DNA of 64,000 bases from Auanema rhodensis. Its lineage: Eukaryota; Animalia; Nematoda. Both the position numbers and the translations under genes were made by a program. The notes under the pieces are model-generated. The model was given only the letters and a program-made list of their open reading frames with translations. It ran no database searches and had not been told where the DNA came from. Position 1 is the first letter of the stretch; every line of letters begins with the position of its first letter. Below are positions 30,001 to 45,000 of the stretch, one piece after another. The stretch covers positions 13,144,001 to 13,208,000 of the forward strand of contig OZ059894.1 of the NCBI GenBank assembly GCA_964057225.1. Direction: 5' to 3'.

Positions 30001-33000
30001 CACGTATTTTGAAACAATCTCATATTTTTACAACAGTTTTGAAACAATTCATTCGTTCATTAAGATTTTAAACAGTGAAAAAAAAAAGTTTGAATATTTT
30101 GATACTCAAGAAATAAAACATGAAAATATTTTATAATATTCCAATTCATTTTACTCTATTTTCTTCATTTAATCATGTTTCTTCGAACAATTTTAAATTT
30201 TACAATAATTTCGAAACAAATCATCCAGTTAATAATGTTTTTAACAGTAAAATAGATATAATTTTAATTATTTTGATACTCAAAAAATAAAACATGAAAA
30301 TATTTTATAATTTTCCAATTCATTTTACTCTATTTTCTTCATTTAATCATGTTTCTTGGAACAATTTTAAATTTTACAATAATTTCGAAACAAATCATCC
30401 AGTTAATAATGTTTTTAACAGTAAAGTAGATATAATTTTAATTATTTTGATACTCAAAAAATAAAACATGAAAATATTTTATAATTTTCCAATTCATTTT
30501 ACTCCATTTTCTTCATTTAATCACGTATTTTGAAACAATCTCATATTTTTACAATAGTTTTGAAACAATTCATTCGTTCATTAAGATTTTAAATAGTGAA
30601 AAAAAAAATTTTGAATATTTTGATACTCAAGAAATAAAACATGAAAATATTTTATAATATTCCAATTCATTTTACTCTATTTTCTTCATTTAATCATGTT
30701 TCTTGGAACAATTTTAAATTTTACAATAATTTCGAAACAAATCATCCAGTTAATAATGTTTTTAACAGTAAAGTAGATATAATTTTAATTATTTTGATAC
30801 TCAAAAAAGAAAACATGAAAATATTTTATAATTTTCCAATTCATTTTACTCCATTTTCTTCATTTAATCACGTATTTTGAAACAATCTCATATTTTTACA
30901 ATAGTTTTGAAACAATTCATTCGTTCATTAAGATTTTAAACAGTGAAAAAAAAAAGTTTGAGTATTTTGATACTCAAGAAATAAAACATGAAAATATTTT
31001 ATAATATTCCAATTCATTTTACTCTATTTTCTTCATTTAATCATGTTTCTTGGAACAATTTTAAATTTTACAATAATTTCGAAACAAATCATCCAGTTAA
31101 TAATGTTTTTAACTGTAAAGTAGATATAATTTTAATTTATTTTGATACTCAAAAAATAAAACATAAAAATATTTTATAATTTTCCAATTCATTTTATTCC
31201 ATTTTCTTCATTTAATCACGTATTTTGAAACAATCTCATATTTTTACAATAGTTTTGAAACAATTCATTCGTTCATTGAGATTTGAAACATTAAAAACGA
31301 TCTTAATTTGAATTTTCTGATACTAAAAAAATAAAACATGGAAATATTTTATAATTTTCCAATTCATTTTACTCCATTTTCTTCATTTAATCACGTATTT
31401 TGAAACAATCTCAAATTTTTACAATAGTTTTGAAACAATTCATTCGTTCATTAAGATTTTAAACAATGAAAAAAAAAAGTTTGAATATTTTGAAACTCAA
31501 GAAATAAAACATGAAAATATTTTATAATTTTCCAATTCATTTTACTCCATTTTCTTCATTTAATCACGTATTTTGAAACAATCTCATATTTTTACAATAG
31601 TTTTGAAACAATTCATTCGTTCTGTAAGATTTTAAACAGTGAAAAAAAAAAGTTTAAATATTTTGATACTCAAGAAATAAAACATGAAAATAATTTATAA
31701 TTTTCCAATTCATTTTACTCCATTTTCTTCATTTAATCACGTATTTTGAAACAATCTCGAATTTTTACAATAGTTTTGAAACAATTCATTCGTTCATTAA
31801 GATTTTAAACAGTGAAAAAAAAAAGTTTGAATATTTTGATACTAAAAAAATAAAACATGAAAATATTTTAAAATTTTCCAATTCATTTTACTCTATTTTC
31901 TTCATTTAATCACGTATTTTGAAACAATCTCAAATTTTTACAATAGTTTTGAAACAATTCATTCGTTCATTGAGATTTTAAACAGTGAAAAAAAAAGTTT
32001 GAATATTTTGATACTCAAGAAATAAAACATGAAAATATTTTATAATTTTCCAATTCATTTTACTCCATTTTCTTCATTTAATCACGTATTTTGAAACAAT
32101 CTCAAATTTTTACAATAGTTTTGAAACAATTCATTCGTTCATTGAGATTCTAAACAGTGAAAAAAAAAGTTTGAATATTTTGATACTCAAGAAATAAAAC
32201 ATGAAAATTTTTTATAATTTTCCAATTCATTTTACTCTATTTTCTTCATTTAATCATGTTTCTTGGAACAATTTTAAATTTTTACAATAATTTCGAAAAA
32301 AATCATTCATTTAATAATGTTTTTAACAGTAAAGAAGATATAATTTTAAATATTTTGATACTCAAAAAATAAAACATGAAAATATTTTAAAATTTTCCAA
32401 TTCATTTTACTCTATTTTCTTCATTTAATCATGTTTCTTGGAACAATTTTAAATTTTACAATAATTTCGAAACAAATCATCCAGTTAATAATGTTTTTAA
32501 CTGTAAAGTAGATATAATTTTAATTTATTTTGATACTCAAAAAATAAAACATAAAAATATTTTATAATTTTCCAATTCATTTTACTCCATTTTCTTCATT
32601 TAATCACGTATTTTGAAACAATCTCATATTTTTACAATAGTTTTGAAACAATTCATTCGTTCATTGAGATTTGAAACATTAAAAACGATCTTAATTTGAA
32701 TTTTCTGATACTAAAAAAATAAAACATGGAAATATTTTATAATTTTCCAATTCATTTTACTCCATTTTCTTCATTTAATCACGTATTTTGAAACAATCTC
32801 AAATTTTTACAATAGTTTTGAAACAATTCATTCGTTCATTAAGATTTTAAACAATGAAAAAAAAAAGTTTGAATATTTTGAAACTCAAGAAATAAAACAT
32901 GAAAATATTTTATAATTTTCCAATTCATTTTACTCCATTTTCTTCATTTAATCACGTATTTTGAAACAATCTCATATTTTTACAATAGTTTTGAAACAAT

Positions 33001-36000
33001 TCATTCGTTCTGTAAGATTTTAAACAGTGAAAAAAAAAAGTTTAAATATTTTGATACTCAAGAAATAAAACATGAAAATAATTTATAATTTTCCAATTCA
33101 TTTTACTCCATTTTCTTCATTTAATCACGTATTTTGAAACAATCTCGAATTTTTACAATAGTTTTGAAACAATTCATTCGTTCATTAAGATTTTAAACAG
33201 TGAAAAAAAAAAGTTTGAATATTTTGATACTAAAAAAATAAAACATGAAAATATTTTAAAATTTTCCAATTCATTTTACTCTATTTTCTTCATTTAATCA
33301 CGTATTTTGAAACAATCTCAAATTTTTACAATAGTTTTGAAACAATTCATTCGTTCATTGAGATTTTAAACAGTGAAAAAAAAAGTTTGAATATTTTGAT
33401 ACTCAAGAAATAAAACATGAAAATATTTTATAATTTTCCAATTCATTTTACTCCATTTTCTTCATTTAATCACGTATTTTGAAACAATCTCAAATTTTTA
33501 CAATAGTTTTGAAACAATTCATTCGTTCATTGAGATTCTAAACAGTGAAAAAAAAAGTTTGAATATTTTGATACTCAAGAAATAAAACATGAAAATTTTT
33601 TATAATTTTCCAATTCATTTTACTCTATTTTCTTCATTTAATCATGTTTCTTGGAACAATTTTAAATTTTTACAATAATTTCGAAAAAAATCATTCATTT
33701 AATAATGTTTTTAACAGTAAAGAAGATATAATTTTAAATATTTTGATACTCAAAAAATAAAACATGAAAATATTTTAAAATTTTCCAATTCATTTTACTC
33801 TATTTTCTTCATTTAATCATGTTTCTTGGAACAATTTTAAATTTTACAATAATTTCAAAACAAATCATCCAGTTAATAATGTTTTTAACAGTAAAGTAGA
33901 TATAATTTTAATTATTTTGATACTCAAAAAATAAAACATGAAAATATTTTATAATTTTCCAATTCATTTTACTCTATTTTCTTCATTTAATCACGTATTT
34001 TGAAACAATCTCAAATTTTTACAATAGTTTTGAAACAATTCATTCGTTCATTAAGATTTTAAACAGTGAAAAAAAAAAGTTTGAATATTTTGAAACTCAA
34101 GAAATAAAACATGAAAATATTTTATAATTTTCCAATTCATTTTACTCCATTTTCTTCATTTAATCACGTATTTTGAAACAATCTCATATTTTTACAACAG
34201 TTTTGAAACAATTCATTCGTTCATTAAGATTTTAAACAGTGAAAAAAAAAAGTTTGAATTTTTTGATACTCAAGAAATAAAACATGAAAATATTTTATAA
34301 TATTCCAATTCATTTTACTCTATTTTCTTCATTTAATCATGTTTCTTCGAACAATTTTAAATTTTACAATAATTTCGAAACAAATCATCCAGTTAATAAT
34401 GTTTTTAACAGTAAAATAGATATAATTTTAATTATTTTGATACTCAAAAAATAAAACATGAAAATATTTTATAATTTTCCAATTCATTTTACTCTATTTT
34501 CTTCATTTAATCATGTTTCTTGGAACAATTTTAAATTTTACAATAATTTCGAAACAAATCATCCAGTTAATAATGTTTTTAACAGTAAAGTAGATATAAT
34601 TTTAATTATTTTGATACTCAAAAAATAAAACATGAAAATATTTTATAATTTTCCAATTCATTTTACTCCATTTTCTTCATTTAATCACGTATTTTGAAAC
34701 AATCTCATATTTTTACAATAGTTTTGAAACAATTCATTCGTTCATTAAGATTTTGAATAGTGAAAAAAAAAATTTTGAATATTTTGATACTCAAGAAATA
34801 AAACATGAAAATATTTTATAATATTCCAATTCATTTTACTCTATTTTCTTCATTTAATCATGTTTCTTGGAACAATTTTAAATTTTACAATAATTTCGAA
34901 ACAAATCATCCAGTTAATAATGTTTTTAACAGTAAAGTAGATATAATTTTAATTATTTTGATACTCAAAAAAGAAAACATGAAAATATTTTATAATTTTC
35001 CAATTCATTTTACTCCATTTTCTTCATTTAATCACGTATTTTGAAACAATCTCATATTTTTACAATAGTTTTGAAACAATTCATTCGTTCATTAAGATTT
35101 TAAACAGTGAAAAAAAAAAGTTTGAGTATTTTGATACTCAAGAAATAAAACATGAAAATATTTTATAATATTCCAATTCATTTTACTCTATTTTCTTCAT
35201 TTAATCATGTTTCTTGGAACAATTTTAAATTTTACAATAATTTCGAAACAAATCATCCAGTTAATAATGTTTTTAACTGTAAAGTAGATATAATTTTAAT
35301 TTATTTTGATACTCAAAAAATAAAACATAAAAATATTTTATAATTTTCCAATTCATTTTACTCCATTTTCTTCATTTAATCACGTATTTTGAAACAATCT
35401 CATATTTTTACAATAGTTTTGAAACAATTCATTCGTTCATTGAGATTTGAAACATTAAAAACGATCTTAATTTGAATTTTCTGATACTAAAAAAATAAAA
35501 CATGGAAATATTTTATAATTTTCCAATTCATTTTACTCCATTTTCTTCATTTAATCACGTATTTTGAAACAATCTCAAATTTTTACAATAGTTTTGAAAC
35601 AATTCATTCGTTCATTAAGATTTTAAACAATGAAAAAAAAAAGTTTGAATATTTTGAAACTCAAGAAATAAAACATGAAAATATTTTATAATTTTCCAAT
35701 TCATTTTACTCCATTTTCTTCATTTAATCACGTATTTTGAAACAATCTCATATTTTTACAATAGTTTTGAAACAATTCATTCGTTCTGTAAGATTTTAAA
35801 CAGTGAAAAAAAAAAGTTTAAATATTTTGATACTCAAGAAATAAAACATGAAAATAATTTATAATTTTCCAATTCATTTTACTCCATTTTCTTCATTTAA
35901 TCACGTATTTTGAAACAATCTCGAATTTTTACAATAGTTTTGAAACAATTCATTCGTTCATTAAGATTTTAAACAGTGAAAAAAAAAAGTTTGAATATTT

Positions 36001-39000
36001 TGATACTAAAAAAATAAAACATGAAAATATTTTAAAATTTTCCAATTCATTTTACTCTATTTTCTTCATTTAATCACGTATTTTGAAACAATCTCAAATT
36101 TTTACAATAGTTTTGAAACAATTCATTCGTTCATTGAGATTTTAAACAGTGAAAAAAAAAGTTTGAATATTTTGATACTCAAGAAATAAAACATGAAAAT
36201 ATTTTATAATTTTCCAATTCATTTTACTCCATTTTCTTCATTTAATCACGTATTTTGAAACAATCTCAAATTTTTACAATAGTTTTGAAACAATTCATTC
36301 GTTCATTGAGATTCTAAACAGTGAAAAAAAAAGTTTGAATATTTTGATACTCAAGAAATAAAACATGAAAATTTTTTATAATTTTCCAATTCATTTTACT
36401 CTATTTTCTTCATTTAATCATGTTTCTTGGAACAATTTTAAATTTTTACAATAATTTCGAAAAAAATCATTCATTTAATAATGTTTTTAACAGTAAAGAA
36501 GATATAATTTTAAATATTTTGATACTCAAAAAATAAAACATGAAAATATTTTAAAATTTTCCAATTCATTTTACTCTATTTTCTTCATTTAATCATGTTT
36601 CTTGGAACAATTTTAAATTTTACAATAATTTCAAAACAAATCATCCAGTTAATAATGTTTTTAACAGTAAAGTAGATATAATTTTAATTATTTTGATACT
36701 CAAAAAATAAAACATGAAAATATTTTATAATTTTCCAATTCATTTTACTCCATTTTCTTCATTTAATCACGTATTTTGAAACAATCTCATATTTTTACAA
36801 TAGTTTTGAAACAATTCATTCGTTCATTAAGATTTTAAATAGTGAAAAAAAAAATTTTGAATATTTTGATACTCAAGAAATAAAACATGAAAATATTTTA
36901 TAATATTCCAATTCATTTTACTCTATTTTCTTCATTTAATCATGTTTCTTGGAACAATTTTAAATTTTACAATAATTTCGAAACAAATCATCCAGTTAAT
37001 AATGTTTTTAACAGTAAAGTAGATATAATTTTAATTATTTTGATACTCAAAAAAGAAAACATGAAAATATTTTATAATTTTCCAATTCATTTTACTCCAT
37101 TTTCTTCATTTAATCACGTATTTTGAAACAATCTCATATTTTTACAATAGTTTTGAAACAATTCATTCGTTCATTAAGATTTTAAACAGTGAAAAAAAAA
37201 AGTTTGAGTATTTTGATACTCAAGAAATAAAACATGAAAATATTTTATAATATTCCAATTCATTTTACTCTATTTTCTTCATTTAATCATGTTTCTTGGA
37301 ACAATTTTAAATTTTACAATAATTTCGAAACAAATCATCCAGTTAATAATGTTTTTAACTGTAAAGTAGATATAATTTTAATTTATTTTGATACTCAAAA
37401 AATAAAACATAAAAATATTTTATAATTTTCCAATTCATTTTACTCCATTTTCTTCATTTAATCACGTATTTTGAAACAATCTCATATTTTTACAATAGTT
37501 TTGAAACAATTCATTCGTTCATTGAGATTTGAAACATTAAAAACGATCTTAATTTGAATTTTCTGATACTAAAAAAATAAAACATGGAAATATTTTATAA
37601 TTTTCCAATTCATTTTACTCCATTTTCTTCATTTAATCACGTATTTTGAAACAATCTCAAATTTTTACAATAGTTTTGAAACAATTCATTCGTTCATTAA
37701 GATTTTAAACAATGAAAAAAAAAAGTTTGAATATTTTGAAACTCAAGAAATAAAACATGAAAATATTTTATAATTTTCCAATTCATTTTACTCCATTTTC
37801 TTCATTTAATCACGTATTTTGAAACAATCTCATATTTTTACAATAGTTTTGAAACAATTCATTCGTTCTGTAAGATTTTAAACAGTGAAAAAAAAAAGTT
37901 TAAATATTTTGATACTCAAGAAATAAAACATGAAAATAATTTATAATTTTCCAATTCATTTTACTCCATTTTCTTCATTTAATCACGTATTTTGAAACAA
38001 TCTCGAATTTTTACAATAGTTTTGAAACAATTCATTCGTTCATTAAGATTTTAAACAGTGAAAAAAAAAAGTTTGAATATTTTGATACTAAAAAAATAAA
38101 ACATGAAAATATTTTAAAATTTTCCAATTCATTTTACTCTATTTTCTTCATTTAATCACGTATTTTGAAACAATCTCAAATTTTTACAATAGTTTTGAAA
38201 CAATTCATTCGTTCATTGAGATTTTAAACAGTGAAAAAAAAAGTTTGAATATTTTGATACTCAAGAAATAAAACATGAAAATATTTTATAATTTTCCAAT
38301 TCATTTTACTCCATTTTCTTCATTTAATCACGTATTTTGAAACAATCTCAAATTTTTACAATAGTTTTGAAACAATTCATTCGTTCATTGAGATTCTAAA
38401 CAGTGAAAAAAAAAGTTTGAATATTTTGATACTCAAGAAATAAAACATGAAAATTTTTTATAATTTTCCAATTCATTTTACTCTATTTTCTTCATTTAAT
38501 CATGTTTCTTGGAACAATTTTAAATTTTTACAATAATTTCGAAAAAAATCATTCATTTAATAATGTTTTTAACAGTAAAGAAGATATAATTTTAAATATT
38601 TTGATACTCAAAAAATAAAACATGAAAATATTTTAAAATTTTCCAATTCATTTTACTCTATTTTCTTCATTTAATCATGTTTCTTGGAACAATTTTAAAT
38701 TTTACAATAATTTCAAAACAAATCATCCAGTTAATAATGTTTTTAACAGTAAAGTAGATATAATTTTAATTATTTTGATACTCAAAAAATAAAACATGAA
38801 AATATTTTATAATTTTCCAATTCATTTTACTCTATTTTCTTCATTTAATCACGTATTTTGAAACAATCTCAAATTTTTACAATAGTTTTGAAACAATTCA
38901 TTCGTTCATTAAGATTTTAAACAGTGAAAAAAAAAAGTTTGAATATTTTGAAACTCAAGAAATAAAACATGAAAATATTTTATAATTTTCCAATTCATTT

Positions 39001-42000
39001 TACTCCATTTTCTTCATTTAATCACGTATTTTGAAACAATCTCATATTTTTACAACAGTTTTGAAACAATTCATTCGTTCATTAAGATTTTAAACAGTGA
39101 AAAAAAAAAGTTTGAATATTTTGATACTCAAGAAATAAAACATGAAAATATTTTATAATATTCCAATTCATTTTACTCTATTTTCTTCATTTAATCATGT
39201 TTCTTCGAACAATTTTAAATTTTACAATAATTTCGAAACAAATCATCCAGTTAATAATGTTTTTAACAGTAAAATAGATATAATTTTAATTATTTTGATA
39301 CTCAAAAAATAAAACATGAAAATATTTTATAATTTTCCAATTCATTTTACTCTATTTTCTTCATTTAATCATGTTTCTTGGAACAATTTTAAATTTTACA
39401 ATAATTTCGAAACAAATCATCCAGTTAATAATGTTTTTAACAGTAAAGTAGATATAATTTTAATTATTTTGATACTCAAAAAATAAAACATGAAAATATT
39501 TTATAATTTTCCAATTCATTTTACTCCATTTTCTTCATTTAATCACGTATTTTGAAACAATCTCATATTTTTACAATAGTTTTGAAACAATTCATTCGTT
39601 CATTAAGATTTTGAATAGTGAAAAAAAAAATTTTGAATATTTTGATACTCAAGAAATAAAACATGAAAATATTTTATAATATTCCAATTCATTTTACTCT
39701 ATTTTCTTCATTTAATCATGTTTCTTGGAACAATTTTAAATTTTACAATAATTTCGAAACAAATCATCCAGTTAATAATGTTTTTAACAGTAAAGTAGAT
39801 ATAATTTTAATTATTTTGATACTCAAAAAAGAAAACATGAAAATATTTTATAATTTTCCAATTCATTTTACTCCATTTTCTTCATTTAATCACGTATTTT
39901 GAAACAATCTCATATTTTTACAATAGTTTTGAAACAATTCATTCGTTCATTAAGATTTTAAACAGTGAAAAAAAAAAGTTTGAGTATTTTGATACTCAAG
40001 AAATAAAACATGAAAATATTTTATAATATTCCAATTCATTTTACTCTATTTTCTTCATTTAATCATGTTTCTTGGAACAATTTTAAATTTTACAATAATT
40101 TCGAAACAAATCATCCAGTTAATAATGTTTTTAACTGTAAAGTAGATATAATTTTAATTTATTTTGATACTCAAAAAATAAAACATAAAAATATTTTATA
40201 ATTTTCCAATTCATTTTACTCCATTTTCTTCATTTAATCACGTATTTTGAAACAATCTCATATTTTTACAATAGTTTTGAAACAATTCATTCGTTCATTG
40301 AGATTTGAAACATTAAAAACGATCTTAATTTGAATTTTCTGATACTAAAAAAATAAAACATGGAAATATTTTATAATTTTCCAATTCATTTTACTCCATT
40401 TTCTTCATTTAATCACGTATTTTGAAACAATCTCGAATTTTTACAATAGTTTTGAAACAATTCATTCGTTCATTAAGATTTTAAACAGTGAAAAAAAAAA
40501 GTTTGAATATTTTGATACTAAAAAAATAAAACATGAAAATATTTTAAAATTTTCCAATTCATTTTACTCTATTTTCTTCATTTAATCACGTATTTTGAAA
40601 CAATCTCAAATTTTTACAATAGTTTTGAAACAATTCATTCGTTCATTGAGATTTTAAACAGTGAAAAAAAAAGTTTGAATATTTTGATACTCAAGAAATA
40701 AAACATGAAAATATTTTATAATTTTCCAATTCATTTTACTCCATTTTCTTCATTTAATCACGTATTTTGAAACAATCTCAAATTTTTACAATAGTTTTGA
40801 AACAATTCATTCGTTCATTGAGATTCTAAACAGTGAAAAAAAAAGTTTGAATATTTTGATACTCAAGAAATAAAACATGAAAATTTTTTATAATTTTCCA
40901 ATTCATTTTACTCTATTTTCTTCATTTAATCATGTTTCTTGGAACAATTTTAAATTTTTACAATAATTTCGAAAAAAATCATTCATTTAATAATGTTTTT
41001 AACAGTAAAGAAGATATAATTTTAAATATTTTGATACTCAAAAAATAAAACATGAAAATATTTTAAAATTTTCCAATTCATTTTACTCTATTTTCTTCAT
41101 TTAATCATGTTTCTTGGAACAATTTTAAATTTTACAATAATTTCAAAACAAATCATCCAGTTAATAATGTTTTTAACAGTAAAGTAGATATAATTTTAAT
41201 TATTTTGATACTCAAAAAATAAAACATGAAAATATTTTATAATTTTCCAATTCATTTTACTCTATTTTCTTCATTTAATCACGTATTTTGAAACAATCTC
41301 AAATTTTTACAATAGTTTTGAAACAATTCATTCGTTCATTAAGATTTTAAACAGTGAAAAAAAAAAGTTTGAATATTTTGAAACTCAAGAAATAAAACAT
41401 GAAAATATTTTATAATTTTCCAATTCATTTTACTCCATTTTCTTCATTTAATCACGTATTTTGAAACAATCTCATATTTTTACAACAGTTTTGAAACAAT
41501 TCATTCGTTCATTAAGATTTTAAACAGTGAAAAAAAAAAGTTTGAATATTTTGATACTCAAGAAATAAAACATGAAAATATTTTATAATATTCCAATTCA
41601 TTTTACTCTATTTTCTTCATTTAATCATGTTTCTTCGAACAATTTTAAATTTTACAATAATTTCGAAACAAATCATCCAGTTAATAATGTTTTTAACAGT
41701 AAAGTAGATATAATTTTAATTATTTTGATACTCAAAAAATAAAACATGAAAATATTTTATAATTTTCCAATTCATTTTACTCCATTTTCTTCATTTAATC
41801 ACGTATTTTGAAACAATCTCATATTTTTACAATAGTTTTGAAACAATTCATTCGTTCATTAAGATTTTGAATAGTGAAAAAAAAAATTTTGAATATTTTG
41901 ATACTCAAGAAATAAAACATGAAAATATTTTATAATATTCCAATTCATTTTACTCTATTTTCTTCATTTAATCATGTTTCTTGGAACAATTTTAAATTTT

Positions 42001-45000
42001 ACAATAATTTCGAAACAAATCATCCAGTTAATAATGTTTTTAACAGTAAAGTAGATATAATTTTAATTATTTTGATACTCAAAAAAGAAAACATGAAAAT
42101 ATTTTATAATTTTCCAATTCATTTTACTCCATTTTCTTCATTTAATCACGTATTTTGAAACAATCTCATATTTTTACAATAGTTTTGAAACAATTCATTC
42201 GTTCATTAAGATTTTAAACAGTGAAAAAAAAAAGTTTGAGTATTTTGATACTCAAGAAATAAAACATGAAAATATTTTATAATATTCCAATTCATTTTAC
42301 TCTATTTTCTTCATTTAATCATGTTTCTTGGAACAATTTTAAATTTTACAATAATTTCGAAACAAATCATCCAGTTAATAATGTTTTTAACTGTAAAGTA
42401 GATATAATTTTAATTTATTTTGATACTCAAAAAATAAAACATAAAAATATTTTATAATTTTCCAATTCATTTTACTCCATTTTCTTCATTTAATCACGTA
42501 TTTTGAAACAATCTCATATTTTTACAATAGTTTTGAAACAATTCATTCGTTCTGTAAGATTTTAAACAGTGAAAAAAAAAAGTTTAAATATTTTGATACT
42601 CAAGAAATAAAACATGAAAATAATTTATAATTTTCCAATTCATTTTACTCCATTTTCTTCATTTAATCACGTATTTTGAAACAATCTCGAATTTTTACAA
42701 TAGTTTTGAAACAATTCATTCGTTCATTAAGATTTTAAACAGTGAAAAAAAAAAGTTTGAATATTTTGATACTAAAAAAATAAAACATGAAAATATTTTA
42801 AAATTTTCCAATTCATTTTACTCTATTTTCTTCATTTAATCACGTATTTTGAAACAATCTCAAATTTTTACAATAGTTTTGAAACAATTCATTCGTTCAT
42901 TGAGATTTTAAACAGTGAAAAAAAAAGTTTGAATATTTTGATACTCAAGAAATAAAACATGAAAATATTTTATAATTTTCCAATTCATTTTACTCCATTT
43001 TCTTCATTTAATCACGTATTTTGAAACAATCTCAAATTTTTACAATAGTTTTGAAACAATTCATTCGTTCATTGAGATTCTAAACAGTGAAAAAAAAAGT
43101 TTGAATATTTTGATACTCAAGAAATAAAACATGAAAATTTTTTATAATTTTCCAATTCATTTTACTCTATTTTCTTCATTTAATCATGTTTCTTGGAACA
43201 ATTTTAAATTTTTACAATAATTTCGAAAAAAATCATTCATTTAATAATGTTTTTAACAGTAAAGAAGATATAATTTTAAATATTTTGATACTCAAAAAAT
43301 AAAACATGAAAATATTTTAAAATTTTCCAATTCATTTTACTCTATTTTCTTCATTTAATCATGTTTCTTGGAACAATTTTAAATTTTACAATAATTTCAA
43401 AACAAATCATCCAGTTAATAATGTTTTTAACAGTAAAGTAGATATAATTTTAATTATTTTGATACTCAAAAAATAAAACATGAAAATATTTTATAATTTT
43501 CCAATTCATTTTACTCTATTTTCTTCATTTAATCACGTATTTTGAAACAATCTCAAATTTTTACAATAGTTTTGAAACAATTCATTCGTTCATTAAGATT
43601 TTAAACAGTGAAAAAAAAAAGTTTGAATATTTTGAAACTCAAGAAATAAAACATGAAAATATTTTATAATTTTCCAATTCATTTTACTCCATTTTCTTCA
43701 TTTAATCACGTATTTTGAAACAATCTCATATTTTTACAACAGTTTTGAAACAATTCATTCGTTCATTAAGATTTTAAACAGTGAAAAAAAAAAGTTTGAA
43801 TATTTTGATACTCAAGAAATAAAACATGAAAATATTTTATAATATTCCAATTCATTTTACTCTATTTTCTTCATTTAATCATGTTTCTTCGAACAATTTT
43901 AAATTTTACAATAATTTCGAAACAAATCATCCAGTTAATAATGTTTTTAACAGTAAAGTAGATATAATTTTAATTATTTTGATACTCAAAAAATAAAACA
44001 TGAAAATATTTTATAATTTTCCAATTCATTTTACTCTATTTTCTTCATTTAATCATGTTTCTTGGAACAATTTTAAATTTTACAATAATTTCGAAACAAA
44101 TCATCCAGTTAATAATGTTTTTAACAGTAAAGTAGATATAATTTTAATTATTTTGATACTCAAAAAATAAAACATGAAAATATTTTATAATTTTCCAATT
44201 CATTTTACTCCATTTTCTTCATTTAATCACGTATTTTGAAACAATCTCATATTTTTACAATAGTTTTGAAACAATTCATTCGTTCATTAAGATTTTGAAT
44301 AGTGAAAAAAAAAATTTTGAATATTTTGATACTCAAGAAATAAAACATGAAAATATTTTATAATATTCCAATTCATTTTACTCTATTTTCTTCATTTAAT
44401 CATGTTTCTTGGAACAATTTTAAATTTTACAATAATTTCGAAACAAATCATCCAGTTAATAATGTTTTTAACAGTAAAGTAGATATAATTTTAATTATTT
44501 TGATACTCAAAAAAGAAAACATGAAAATATTTTATAATTTTCCAATTCATTTTACTCCATTTTCTTCATTTAATCACGTATTTTGAAACAATCTCATATT
44601 TTTACAATAGTTTTGAAACAATTCATTCGTTCATTAAGATTTTAAACAGTGAAAAAAAAAAGTTTGAGTATTTTGATACTCAAGAAATAAAACATGAAAA
44701 TATTTTATAATATTCCAATTCATTTTACTCTATTTTCTTCATTTAATCATGTTTCTTGGAACAATTTTAAATTTTACAATAATTTCGAAACAAATCATCC
44801 AGTTAATAATGTTTTTAACTGTAAAGTAGATATAATTTTAATTTATTTTGATACTCAAAAAATAAAACATAAAAATATTTTATAATTTTCCAATTCATTT
44901 TACTCCATTTTCTTCATTTAATCACGTATTTTGAAACAATCTCATATTTTTACAATAGTTTTGAAACAATTCATTCGTTCATTGAGATTTGAAACATTAA